A DNA stretch of 64,000 bases from Eubacteriales bacterium. GTDB lineage: Bacteria > Bacillota > Clostridia > Oscillospirales > CAG-272. This document shows positions 47,034 through 56,961 of the stretch, one piece after another (the first letter of the stretch is position 1; the number at the start of each line of letters is the position of its first letter). The notes under the pieces are model-generated. The model saw only the letters and a program-made list of their open reading frames with translations, was not told the origin of the DNA and searched no databases. The position numbers and the translations under genes are program-made. Location: contig JAZQDD010000023.1 in the NCBI GenBank assembly GCA_045546615.1, positions 40,296 through 104,295 of the forward strand. The letters run 5' to 3'.

Positions 47034-47304
47034 CGGACTTGTCCCTCCAATCTCCTTTTTTATTCTGCTCTTTTTCTATTTTTTCAAAAACGCCAAGGGT
47101 ATATATGAGAAATCTCACCATGGAAAACAATCCCAAAAAAACCCCAACAAGCATCAAAGGGACGTATATCCATTGGGGCATGGAAAACTTCCATATCAAA
47201 AAATACCCAAGACCAAAGGCAAGCGCCGCAGGAAAGATAAGGTTGAAAAAAGACTGAAATATGACGTTCATCAAAAAGAACGCATTATATATCTTTCTAT
47301 GCAC
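47026..47304 (-). CDS. AtpZ/AtpI family protein
   Basis: Two TM helices; first gene of the atp operon. Confidence 0.65.
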   Translation of the reverse strand: MHRKIYNAFFLMNVIFQSFFNLIFPAALAFGLGYFLIWKFSMPQWIYVPLMLVGVFLGLFSMVRFLIYTLGVFEKIEKEQNKKGDWRDKSDE

Positions 47305-47329
47305 AGCCTCACCCCGCTTTATTGTGATA

Positions 47330-48742
47330 TCAGATATCGTCTATCTTGATAAGATTGGTCTTGCCCGTAGCTCCCGTTTGGTCGCTGCCCGTAATAACTA
47401 TCTTGTCACCTTCGCAAAGCGAGAGGCTTTCGGTAGCCATCTTCTTTGCATAGTAGAAAAGAACGTCGGTGGACGTGAACTTTTCACACAGCTTGGGAGT
47501 AACGCCCCAGGAAAGCGAGAGCTTTCGCCACGTCACCTCATCGGTGGTAAGACCGATAATGTCAACGGGGGAACGGAAACGCGAGACCATACGCGCCGTC
47601 ATGCCGGAGATAGTGCAGGCAACGATAGCCTTGGCGTTGATATCCATCGCCATAGCGCACGTAGCGTGAGAAACTGCGTCGGAAGAGTTCTTTATCTTGA
47701 ACTCGGTGGAGTAGAATTTCGACTTGTAATCTATGCTCCTCTCCGCAGTTTCGGCGATCTTTGACATAATGGACACAGCCTCAATGGGGAAAGCTCCGGC
47801 CGCCGTCTCGCCCGAGAGCATAATAGCGCTCGTGCCGTCGTATACTGCGTTGGCAACGTCCGATATCTCCGCTCGCGTGGGACGCGGCTTGGTTATCATG
47901 GACTCTAACATCTCCGTTGCGGTTATAACACGCTTACCGAGCATACGGCACTTGGTAATGAGCTTTTTCTGTATTGCGGGGAGCTGCTCGAAGGGGACTT
48001 CAACGCCCATATCGCCGCGAGCCACCATCGTGCCGTCGCAGTACCGGCATATCTCCTCGATATTATCAATACCCGCCTGATTTTCTATCTTTGCGATAAG
48101 CTCTATGCCCGAAGCGCCGAGAGACGCAAGATGCTCTTGCACGTCAATGAGATTTTGCTTGTTTGAAACAAACGAGCAAGCAATGTAATCAATGCCGTTT
48201 TCAACGCCGAAGGCAATATCCTTTTTATCTTGCTCTGAAAGATACGGACGGCTAAGTACCTTGCCGGGGAAGCTCATGCTCTTGCGGCTGGACAGCTCTC
48301 CGCCGTGGCGAACAGTGCAGTTTATGCGCTTGCCGTTCACATTATTGACAACAAACGACAAAAGTCCGTTGTTGAGCAGTATGATATCGCCCGCTGAAAG
48401 CTCATTGTGCAGATTTTCGTAATTTACGGACACCTCGCGCTGATTGCCAAGCACGTCCTCGGACGTAAAGGTAAACTCATCCCCATCGTCAAGAGTTATC
48501 TTGCCGTTCTCGAACATACCTATCCTGTATTCGGGGCCTTTGGTATCAAGCATTATCGCAATGGGCAATGACAGCTCCTTGCGCACCTTTTTGATACGGT
48601 TGATAACGATTCCGTGTTCCTCGTGAGTTCCGTGTGAGAAATTGAGCCTTGCAACGTTCATTCCCGCAAGGCAAAGCCCGCGAAGCATCTCTTCACTGCT
48701 GCTCGCAGGTCCTATTGTACATACTATTTTTGTCTTACGCAT
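47330..48742 (-). CDS. pyk: Pyruvate kinase
   Basis: RKTKIVCTIGP, RLNFSHG, DTKGPE, VARGD, MLSGETA. Confidence 0.97.
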   Translation of the reverse strand: MRKTKIVCTIGPASSSEEMLRGLCLAGMNVARLNFSHGTHEEHGIVINRIKKVRKELSLPIAIMLDTKGPEYRIGMFENGKITLDDGDEFTFTSEDVLGNQREVSVNYENLHNELSAGDIILLNNGLLSFVVNNVNGKRINCTVRHGGELSSRKSMSFPGKVLSRPYLSEQDKKDIAFGVENGIDYIACSFVSNKQNLIDVQEHLASLGASGIELIAKIENQAGIDNIEEICRYCDGTMVARGDMGVEVPFEQLPAIQKKLITKCRMLGKRVITATEMLESMITKPRPTRAEISDVANAVYDGTSAIMLSGETAAGAFPIEAVSIMSKIAETAERSIDYKSKFYSTEFKIKNSSDAVSHATCAMAMDINAKAIVACTISGMTARMVSRFRSPVDIIGLTTDEVTWRKLSLSWGVTPKLCEKFTSTDVLFYYAKKMATESLSLCEGDKIVITGSDQTGATGKTNLIKIDDI

Positions 48743-48807
48743 TTTTCATACCCCTGCGTTTTATGTCTTTCTATATAGTATAACACATATAAAATAATAA
48801 TTCAATA

Positions 48808-48835
48808 AAAAAAGCGTACAAAAGTACGCTTTTTT
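48808..48835 (-). terminator. Terminator
   Basis: AAAAAAGCGTAC-AAAA-GTACGCTTTTTT. Confidence 0.7.
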
Positions 48836-48836
48836 A

Positions 48837-50801
48837 TCATTTTTTTGTAATTTCTGACCCTATTATCTCGTCCACAGCTCCCATAAAGCATGGGGATTCT
48901 GCCGCTTCTGCGTAGCGATGGCGGTCTCCCACCGCAACCTTGCCGTTTTTCACGGGATAAAACGAGTATAGCGCACAAGCCTCGTAATCAAGCGATATCG
49001 GGAGCGAGTCGCCCGCGCCAAAAAGAAAATATCTGTCGGCAAAATAATCGTGGCCGAGGTATTTTTCAGCCGTCGCAACACCCGAGGGGAGCTGTGACAG
49101 CTCAAACACGCCCAAAACAGTCTTTCCCTTTGAAAAGCCGTACGCGGCGAGTGCAAAATTCTCCCCCGCCGACGAAAACACCTTCAGCGGAACGCCCGCC
49201 GTGGCGCAATCGGTATAAAAGCAATCAAGCGTCGGTACGGCGGCTGTGTCAAACCGCCCCACGCCGCCGTTGGGAGAGGAAAGCCGAGAAAGAATTTCCG
49301 CACTCGTTCTGCCGAGCCTGTCGCTCGTGTAGACGGGGCCGCCGCTGATGGCACACGTCAGGGCGTTTGCATGCGCCCAGCCGTGGTCGGAATAAAACAT
49401 ATCGTAGTCGCACACGTGAAAGCGCGAGAGCATAGCCGCGCAATACACACTCTGCGTTATGTGATACGCAAGATGGTCGGGCTTTTCGGGCATATAATCA
49501 CCCGAGCAACGCACGAAAACGGAGTTTTCGCGCACCATAGCCTGCTCAAGCGACGCGCCCATGCAGTTGATAAGCGCACCGTCAAAGTGCTTTTTCGCCG
49601 CCGCTTCAAGCCCCTTATGTATCACGTCGCACGCAAGTGAGCCGCGCAAGTTTCCGTCATAATACTGCGGCACATTGCCTTGGTTATCGACCTTTACAAA
49701 ATCCACGCCTTCGCCGCGCAGATACGAGAACCACTCGTCCCAGAAGCGATATACGGCATCGGCGTTATCACCAAGTAAAAGTGCACCGTTGTAGGCGGTA
49801 TAAAGCTCCTCGCGGTATTTTTTAGCGTACTCATGCTCCTCGTCAAGTCCGCCCCAATGACCGTTCATGGCGCACCAAACACCCACGTGCTCCACTCCGT
49901 ATTCCTCGCGCATACGCTTTACAAGCGCACCGAGACCGTCGGGAAATTTCTTTCTGTCAGCACTAAAGGCAAGGAGTCTGTTTTCACGGTAAGTAGCCCA
50001 GCCGTCGTCTATCAGTACCCACTTCGGCACTCTGCCCGCCGCGGCGTATTCGTCGAGCTTTTCAAGTATCTTTTCGGCAGATACGGACGGGCCAAAGCTC
50101 TCCCAAGTACACCAGCCCAGACCGCCGAGACGATCGGAAAAAGCAGGCTTTTGACGCTCCGCCCCTTTCTCGCGCAACGCCGCACCGACGGCGGCATCCA
50201 TAGCGGCGTAAGGATCGTCGGCGCAGGATATGACGGCAAAAGCCGTCCTCACCTCGCGTGCTCCGAAAACGCGCGTGTGCAAAGCAAACGCGCCCCTCTC
50301 CAGCCTTGCCGCCGCAGAATGACTGCTGATGGGAAGCAGACAAACGTGCTTATCCCCGATCTTTGCCGAAAGACTTTCGGTATTCTGGTGCAACGCCGTC
50401 GTATCGGTGGAAAAATCGGGGTAGAGCCAGCATAGGTCGCGCTGATAGAGTGAGACCGCCCCCTCGGCGTTGAGCAGCGAAAAATCAACATTCACCGCCC
50501 CCGACGGTGAGAAAATATAGCGTGCAAGCGACACCGAGACGGATACCGTAAGCACTCCGCCGACTTCGGTAAATATAAGCTCCGCATCCTTTGATTCTGT
50601 ATACGGGGAGCTTTGAGCGCGGCAAAAACGCACCCTAACACTATCGCCCTCGCAGATAAGCTCATGCGGAATATATTTGATTCCCGAAAGTCTCACAACG
50701 CAAAGCCGCATAATCAAACTGTCGATAACGGGTACGCCGTCGGCAAAAATGCAAAGTCCGCGCTCGTTTATTTCGATAGAAAATCTTCTCATAGCTTGCA
50801 C
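48837..50801 (-). CDS. Sip1/raffinose synthase-type alpha-galactosidase (GH36-related)
   Basis: GWCTWE, LIDDGW, FVKVDNQ, DYDMF, ISGGPVYTSD. Confidence 0.85.
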   Translation of the reverse strand: MQAMRRFSIEINERGLCIFADGVPVIDSLIMRLCVVRLSGIKYIPHELICEGDSVRVRFCRAQSSPYTESKDAELIFTEVGGVLTVSVSVSLARYIFSPSGAVNVDFSLLNAEGAVSLYQRDLCWLYPDFSTDTTALHQNTESLSAKIGDKHVCLLPISSHSAAARLERGAFALHTRVFGAREVRTAFAVISCADDPYAAMDAAVGAALREKGAERQKPAFSDRLGGLGWCTWESFGPSVSAEKILEKLDEYAAAGRVPKWVLIDDGWATYRENRLLAFSADRKKFPDGLGALVKRMREEYGVEHVGVWCAMNGHWGGLDEEHEYAKKYREELYTAYNGALLLGDNADAVYRFWDEWFSYLRGEGVDFVKVDNQGNVPQYYDGNLRGSLACDVIHKGLEAAAKKHFDGALINCMGASLEQAMVRENSVFVRCSGDYMPEKPDHLAYHITQSVYCAAMLSRFHVCDYDMFYSDHGWAHANALTCAISGGPVYTSDRLGRTSAEILSRLSSPNGGVGRFDTAAVPTLDCFYTDCATAGVPLKVFSSAGENFALAAYGFSKGKTVLGVFELSQLPSGVATAEKYLGHDYFADRYFLFGAGDSLPISLDYEACALYSFYPVKNGKVAVGDRHRYAEAAESPCFMGAVDEIIGSEITKK

Positions 50802-50882
50802 CTTCCTTTGCTTGGATTATAACTTATTCCAAAACAAAAGTCAAGCATTCAAGAAAACACGCCGCAGACGCGCGGCGTTTTT

Positions 50883-51326
50883 TCAAAGCAGTCCCGATAT
50901 CCACAAAACGAATCCGTAAATTGTTCCCGCAAGCGTGCCGTAAAGCAACACAGGTCCCGCAACGGTGAATATCTTCGCTCCGAGCCCAAGCACAAAGCCT
51001 TCATCCTTGCTGTCGATGGCGGCAGACGCTACCGAATTGGCAAATCCCGTGATGGGAACGAGAGTCCCCGCGCCCGCAAATTTTGCCACGTCGTCAAAAT
51101 AACCGAACGCGGTAAGCAAAACAGCCGCCGCCACAAGAACGAGCGAGGTGACAAGCCCCGCATCCTCCTTTGCCAATCCAAGCACCTCGGAAAGCTGACG
51201 TATACCCTCCCCCGCGGCGCATATCAGTCCGCCAACCAAAAAGGCATGAAAGCAATCTCCCAAAAGCGACGAAGCGGGCGCGTGCGCCTCGACGTATTTT
51301 TTATATTCTGCACGAGTCATTTTCAT
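50883..51326 (-). CDS. spoVAC: Stage V sporulation protein AC
   Basis: AFLVGGLIC, AGAGTLVPITGFANS, IFTVAGPV. Confidence 0.9.
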   Translation of the reverse strand: MKMTRAEYKKYVEAHAPASSLLGDCFHAFLVGGLICAAGEGIRQLSEVLGLAKEDAGLVTSLVLVAAAVLLTAFGYFDDVAKFAGAGTLVPITGFANSVASAAIDSKDEGFVLGLGAKIFTVAGPVLLYGTLAGTIYGFVLWISGLL

Positions 51327-51597
51327 TTTTTAGACCTCCATTTTCCATTTTCATTCTTCCCCGAAAAGTGCGCAATTATAACAAAAATCCGAGGCGATGC
51401 GAGAGCACGGAACAAAGTTTGATTTTTTGCGCTTGAGGGACGAAAAAAATCGCAAAATCTGCTTGATTTATGTCTTTATTTGAGTTATAATTATATGGAT
51501 TATACTCGAATAGTTTACCTATTCGGAAGAAAAAGCCAAAAATGGCTCGCATTCACGGATAAAATCTCCATACATAATGCCGAAAGGAAATAAAAAT

Positions 51598-52089
51598 ATG
51601 CTTGAAAGGATATCCAAGGAAAATTACTATCTTGACATCGCCCAGACCGTTTCCGAGCGAAGCACCTGCCTTCGCCGCCGCTTTGGCGCGGTAATAGTCA
51701 AGAACGATTCCATCATCTCCACGGGCTACAACGGCGCGCCGCGCGGCCGCGCCAACTGCAACGAGCTTGGCTCGTGCTACCGCGACACCCTCGGAATTCC
51801 CCGCGGGGAAAGATACGAGCTTTGCCGTTCCGTTCACGCCGAGGCTAACGCCATCATCGCCGCTCCGCGTGAGCAGATGCTCGGCGCGACCGTATATATG
51901 TGCTGTACCTCCCCATCCGACGGCTCGGTTATGGCGGGAACTACAAGCTGTATGATGTGCAAGCGCCTTATTATAAATGCAGGCATTGAACGCCTCGTCG
52001 TCCGCGACGATGCGCAAAACTTCCGCGTTATCAATGTCAGCGATTGGATAGAAGACGATGATTCTCTCGGCGGAAAGCTGGGATATTGA
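51598..52089 (+). CDS. Deoxycytidylate deaminase family protein
   Basis: RSTC, TGYNG, HAEANA, CMMCKRLI. Confidence 0.88.
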   Translation: MLERISKENYYLDIAQTVSERSTCLRRRFGAVIVKNDSIISTGYNGAPRGRANCNELGSCYRDTLGIPRGERYELCRSVHAEANAIIAAPREQMLGATVYMCCTSPSDGSVMAGTTSCMMCKRLIINAGIERLVVRDDAQNFRVINVSDWIEDDDSLGGKLGY

Positions 52090-52098
52090 GGTGAAATA

Positions 52099-52722
52099 AT
52101 GAAAACGTTTCAAAAAATTGCATCATTTCTTTTAATTCTTGTCATGCTTGCGACAACAGTCTCCTGCAGTTCGGGACTCGTTTTTGATAAAGGCAAAATT
52201 CTCGATTCCAAGACGGGGATCTACTACGACTACGCACCGAACACATACGAGGCGATAGCTATCTCCAACGCTATATACTCCGTATGGGAGCAAAACGACG
52301 TTGAGGTGGCTTACCACGCTATCGAGGGACTCTCCACCAAGGAATATCTCGTGGATGAGTACGGTTACATCATCTGCGCAGAGGACATGGAGTTGCCCGA
52401 CCTTAACGGCTTTGCCCCCTCGTCCGCCCTTATCTGTACCAACACCGAGGTCGCCGTTTCCATAGGCGAGATAAATGAAAAAGCCAAGGTATTCGCCCTC
52501 GTTGAATTATACATGAACGGCGAAAGCGTGAATTTTGAAAATACCGCTATCGACACTTTGGAAGTAAAATTTATTTCCGAAAAATATCCCAACCTTTACT
52601 TCAACCTTTCCGTTATGATCGAGGAAGATAACAGCGTTTATCTATGGAACCGCGATAACGGAAAATATATAAACGTCGGCGATATGCTTGACGAATACAT
52701 CGAATCTTATCTTTCTAATTGA
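52099..52722 (+). CDS. Hypothetical lipoprotein
   Basis: Signal peptide with TVSC lipobox. Confidence 0.7.
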   Translation: MKTFQKIASFLLILVMLATTVSCSSGLVFDKGKILDSKTGIYYDYAPNTYEAIAISNAIYSVWEQNDVEVAYHAIEGLSTKEYLVDEYGYIICAEDMELPDLNGFAPSSALICTNTEVAVSIGEINEKAKVFALVELYMNGESVNFENTAIDTLEVKFISEKYPNLYFNLSVMIEEDNSVYLWNRDNGKYINVGDMLDEYIESYLSN

Positions 52723-52740
52723 TCCCACAAGGAATACGCT

Positions 52741-53196
52741 ATGAACAATAAATTTAACACCGTGGCATTTAGTGCCGCACACATCTCCGAAGCCGCCGAG
52801 ATCGAAAGACTCTGCTTTTCAGAGCCATGGTCCGAGGAGGCACTCGGCTATATGTACTCCTCTCCGCACGCGTACGCGGTTGCTTGCGTTGACAGCGAAA
52901 GCGGACGTGTTGCCGCATACGGCGGACTTGAATACGTGCTTGATGAGGCAGAGCTTACCAACATTGCCACCCACCCAGATTTTCGCCGTCAGGGCTGCGC
53001 AAATGCGGTGACTGACGCCCTTGAACGCTTCGTTAAGCTGCACGGCGTAAAACGTATATGGCTTGACGTACGCGTCTCAAACGAGCCCGCCATCGCTCTT
53101 TACCGCAAGCTCGGATTTGAGGATGCGGGCGTGCGCAGACATTTCTACCGCTTCCCCACCGAGGACGCACTTCTAATGGTAAAGGAGCTGAAATAA
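52741..53196 (+). CDS. rimI: RimI-family N-acetyltransferase
   Basis: FSEPWS, NIATHPDFRRQG, LDVRVSN. Confidence 0.88.
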   Translation: MNNKFNTVAFSAAHISEAAEIERLCFSEPWSEEALGYMYSSPHAYAVACVDSESGRVAAYGGLEYVLDEAELTNIATHPDFRRQGCANAVTDALERFVKLHGVKRIWLDVRVSNEPAIALYRKLGFEDAGVRRHFYRFPTEDALLMVKELK

Positions 53197-54212
53197 TGCT
53201 TATTCTCGGAATTGAGACCTCCTGCGACGAGACCTCTGCGGCTGTCGTATCGGGCGAGGGCGGCACTATCCGCGTGCTTTCCAACGTCGTAGCATCACAG
53301 ATAGAAACACACCGTCTCTACGGCGGAGTAGTGCCCGAAATAGCGGGACGCGCACATATCGAGGCAATTTCCTCGGTCGTGGACGAGGCGCTCACTACCG
53401 CAGGCGTTACACCGCGCGAGCTTGATGCTGTTGCCGTAACGTCTCACCCGGGTCTTATCGGCGCATTGCTCGTAGGAGTTAATTTTGCCAAGGCGTTCGC
53501 CTATGCAAATTCCCTGCCCATAATCCCTATAAATCACATACACGCACACACGGCGGCAGCGTATATATCCGCCCCCGACCTCAAACCGCCGTTTCTTTCG
53601 CTCGTCGTGTCGGGCGGTCACACGTCCTTTTATCACGTCACGGACTACACGCACTACACCGAGATAGGAGCTACGCGCGACGATGCCGCAGGCGAGGCTT
53701 TTGACAAAGTTGGGCGCGTTATCGGTCTGCCGTATCCGGGCGGCGCGGCACTTGATGCGCTGGCACACGAGGGCGATGCCACAGCCGCCGCCAAGAGTAT
53801 CGACCTGCCATCTCCCGCGCTTTCGGGGGATAATCTTGATTTTTCCTTTAGCGGTCTTAAAACCGCCGCACTGAACTACCTCAACGGTATGCGCCAGCGC
53901 GGTGAGGAGATAGACCGCGCCGCATTCGCCTCGGCATTCACCGCCGCGGTGGTAGGAGCGATAACGAAAAAAGTCCCCTCGGCGCTTAAAGCATCGGGCT
54001 GTGACACGCTCGTTCTTGCCGGCGGAGTTGCCGCAAACTCGCATCTGCGTGCGGCTCTTGAGGCTACTTGTCACAAGGCGGGGGCGCGGCTGATACTGCC
54101 AGATCGCAAGCTCTGCGGCGATAACGCCGCTATGGTCGCCGCACAGGGTGTTTTTGAATTTATCGCGGGGAATTTTTCCGACACATACCTTAATGCCTCC
54201 GCCTGTGATTGA
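53196..54212 (+). CDS. tsaD: tRNA t6A synthesis protein TsaD
   Basis: GIETSCDET, VSGGHT, DDAAGEAFDK, DNAAM. Confidence 0.96.
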   Translation: MLILGIETSCDETSAAVVSGEGGTIRVLSNVVASQIETHRLYGGVVPEIAGRAHIEAISSVVDEALTTAGVTPRELDAVAVTSHPGLIGALLVGVNFAKAFAYANSLPIIPINHIHAHTAAAYISAPDLKPPFLSLVVSGGHTSFYHVTDYTHYTEIGATRDDAAGEAFDKVGRVIGLPYPGGAALDALAHEGDATAAAKSIDLPSPALSGDNLDFSFSGLKTAALNYLNGMRQRGEEIDRAAFASAFTAAVVGAITKKVPSALKASGCDTLVLAGGVAANSHLRAALEATCHKAGARLILPDRKLCGDNAAMVAAQGVFEFIAGNFSDTYLNASACD

Positions 54213-54241
54213 GGCTCTACTTAAAAATTTGGAGTATTATT

Positions 54242-54928
54242 ATGAACGGTCAAAAAAATACCGAAAAATACGTATCCTCCGCAACCATAAAACGACTGCC
54301 GAGATATTACAGATATCTGCGCGATCTTCTTGACAGGGGCATTACCAAGATAAGCTCCGCCGCGCTGGCACGGCTGATGGACATCACCGCCTCGCAGATA
54401 CGCCAAGACCTCAACTGCTTTGGTGATTTTGGTCAGCAGGGCTACGGCTACAACGTGGAGTATCTTTATAATGAGATAAGCGACCTTCTCGGCGTAAACG
54501 AGTCCTATAACGCCGTCATCATCGGCGCGGGAAACCTCGGACGTGCGCTCGTGCGCTCGCCAATGTTTTCACGCAGAGGCGTAAAGCCCATTGCGATGTT
54601 TGACGTGGAATGGAGCATAATCGGCTCTAATATATCGGGAATACCCGTACTTCACACCTCGTCCCTCGCTAATTTCTGCCGAGAGCGCGATGTTCATATA
54701 GGAGTGCTTACGCTCCCGAAGCAGTACGCCGACGATGCCATGAAGAGCCTCATCGATGCGGGCGTCAAGGGCATTTGGAATTTTACAAGCATCGAGCCGG
54801 GTGAGGTGAAAAACCATGCCATCGTGGAAAACGTCCACCTTGGCGACTCCCTGATGACTCTTTGTTACCGTATGCGCGACGCGCAAAACGAAGAAAACGC
54901 AAACGACGGAGACGAAAGTGAAAGCTGA
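54242..54928 (+). CDS. rex: Redox-sensing repressor Rex
   Basis: RLPRYYRYL, QIRQDL, GYGY, GAGNLG. Confidence 0.95.
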   Translation: MNGQKNTEKYVSSATIKRLPRYYRYLRDLLDRGITKISSAALARLMDITASQIRQDLNCFGDFGQQGYGYNVEYLYNEISDLLGVNESYNAVIIGAGNLGRALVRSPMFSRRGVKPIAMFDVEWSIIGSNISGIPVLHTSSLANFCRERDVHIGVLTLPKQYADDAMKSLIDAGVKGIWNFTSIEPGEVKNHAIVENVHLGDSLMTLCYRMRDAQNEENANDGDESES

Positions 54929-55928
54929 AAATAAAAGGTTTATTATAAACTACGGCTCGGACGTCACCGTAGTACCCGATGCCGCCGCCGCGCGCTTCAA
55001 GGACGCATCAAAGCGTGACATTCTCGTGCTTATGGCACTTCTCGCCGCTCCCGATGCCTCAAGTGCGGATTTGGCGCAAGCCGCCGTATGCACCGAGGAA
55101 CAGGTGCAAGCCTCCCTCGCCTTTTGGCAGGGTGCGCGGGTAATAATCACGCTTGACGGCGACACGGCAACCGAGCATGATAAAAAAGCACAGAAAAAAG
55201 CAAAAACGTACGGAAGCGAGCCGCCCGTATACTCTATGGACGAGATAAGCGAGATAATCGAGAGCAACTCGGGCGTTTCGACGATGATAGACGAATGCCA
55301 GAGCTTACTCGGCAAAATACTGCGTACATCCGAGACAGCAAGGCTCATTTCCCTGATGGAGCATCTCGGTGTCGACAGCGAATACGTGCTGTGCCTTTGC
55401 GCTCATTGCAGTCGTATAGGCAGGACGTCCATGAGATACGTCGAAACGACCATGGTTGAGCTTTTTGACAGGGGAATAACCGATGCGCACACGCTTGACG
55501 GATATTTTCGCACCGCAGAGGCGGCGTACGCCGTGGAGGGCAAGATACGCAAGCTGTTCGGAATAAAGCCCGAGCGCACCCTTTCCGCCAAGGAGAAAAA
55601 ATTCATTGAAACGTGGACGGGAAAATTCGGCTACGGTGTTGACACAGTAAAGATAGCATACGAGATAACAGTCGACAAAACGGGCGAGCCGTCGCTCCCA
55701 TACGCAAACGCGATACTGCAAAATTGGTACGATGCGGGACTCAAGACCGCCGAGCAGGTAGAAGAGCACATTGAGGAGACGGCAAAAGCCGCCGAGGACA
55801 CGGCGAAGATGGGCAAGAGCTTTGACTCCGAGGATTTCTTTGCCGCGGCTCTTAACAGAAGCTACGAGGGCGCACAAACGCCCGACCTTCCCGCCGCAGG
55901 AAACGCAACTGCGAAAAAGCGCAAATAA
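54918..55928 (+). CDS. DnaD domain protein
   Basis: Two DnaD repeats; YANAILQNW. Confidence 0.85.
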   Translation: MKAENKRFIINYGSDVTVVPDAAAARFKDASKRDILVLMALLAAPDASSADLAQAAVCTEEQVQASLAFWQGARVIITLDGDTATEHDKKAQKKAKTYGSEPPVYSMDEISEIIESNSGVSTMIDECQSLLGKILRTSETARLISLMEHLGVDSEYVLCLCAHCSRIGRTSMRYVETTMVELFDRGITDAHTLDGYFRTAEAAYAVEGKIRKLFGIKPERTLSAKEKKFIETWTGKFGYGVDTVKIAYEITVDKTGEPSLPYANAILQNWYDAGLKTAEQVEEHIEETAKAAEDTAKMGKSFDSEDFFAAALNRSYEGAQTPDLPAAGNATAKKRK

Positions 55929-55938
55929 GGAGAAGCAA

Positions 55939-56910
55939 ATGGCTTTTAATAAGGATAACACCGTCAGGATACGGGAAAAATACAACACCAAGCACCTTGA
56001 CGCGGAAAACGCGGCAGATATGCGCCGCGGCGAGCTGTGGATAAGAATCCCCGACCTGCGTGAAATAGACCGACGCCTGTCAGCTACAGGGCCGCGCCTT
56101 ATGGCTATATCGCTTAAAAAGAGCAACGAAACGGTGGCGGACGTGAGAGCCGACGTCGAGGAGCTGATGCGCCGCCGCGCCGCGCTCCTTGAGGAAAACG
56201 GCTATCCGGCGGACTACACAGACCCGCGCTACGAGTGCGAAAAATGCTCTGACAGCGGCTATGTTGACGGCAAAATGTGCGAATGTATGCGCCGCGAGCT
56301 GATACTTGCAGGCTACGAATCCTCGGGCATCGCAAGACTGATGGGCACACAGCGCTTTGACAATTTCAACCTCGATTTTTACCGCGACACGCCCCGTACA
56401 TATCAAAACATGAGCTACGTTTTTGAAACGATGCGCTCATACGCGCAGGGCTTTGACCCCGACGTTTCCCCCAACCTCATCCTTTTTGGCGGAACCGGAC
56501 TTGGAAAAACACACCTTTCCACCGCCGTGGCAAAGACCGTAATCGACCGTGGCTACGACGTAGTGTACACGGGTGCTATCGGAATGCTTGCCGACTTTGA
56601 GCGCGCACGCTTCGGCAACGCGTCGGGCGCGGAGAGCGGAAACGGCACGGAGCGTTATTTCGACTGCGACCTGCTCATTATCGACGACCTCGGAAGCGAG
56701 GTGTCAAATCAGTTCACCGTGAGCTGTATATACAATGTGATAAACAACCGCATAAGCCTTGGCAATCCTACCATTATAAGCACCAATCTCAATCAGAATG
56801 AGATAGTCGAAAGATATTGGGACAGAATAACAAGCCGCCTTTTCGGTGAATATCTCCCCCTCGTCTTTTCGGGCACGGATGTCAGAAAGCAAAAAATATC
56901 GAGAAAATAA
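55939..56910 (+). CDS. DnaC/DnaI-type helicase loader ATPase
   Basis: CEKCSDSG...CEC zinc motif; GGTGLGKT; IIDDLG. Confidence 0.88.
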   Translation: MAFNKDNTVRIREKYNTKHLDAENAADMRRGELWIRIPDLREIDRRLSATGPRLMAISLKKSNETVADVRADVEELMRRRAALLEENGYPADYTDPRYECEKCSDSGYVDGKMCECMRRELILAGYESSGIARLMGTQRFDNFNLDFYRDTPRTYQNMSYVFETMRSYAQGFDPDVSPNLILFGGTGLGKTHLSTAVAKTVIDRGYDVVYTGAIGMLADFERARFGNASGAESGNGTERYFDCDLLIIDDLGSEVSNQFTVSCIYNVINNRISLGNPTIISTNLNQNEIVERYWDRITSRLFGEYLPLVFSGTDVRKQKISRK

Positions 56911-56913
56911 GTA

Positions 56914-56943
56914 AAAAGCCTTCTCCGCGGAGAAGGCTTTTTT
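56914..56943. terminator. Bidirectional terminator
   Basis: AAAAAGCCTTCTCC-GC-GGAGAAGGCTTTTT. Confidence 0.85.
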
Positions 56944-56961
56944 AATTAAAATGCCCGCAGA

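Noticed and set aside
54918-56910. Prophage replication module (DnaD + DnaC)
   Set aside because: Embedded in the housekeeping rimI-tsaD-rex operon, with no phage genes nearby.
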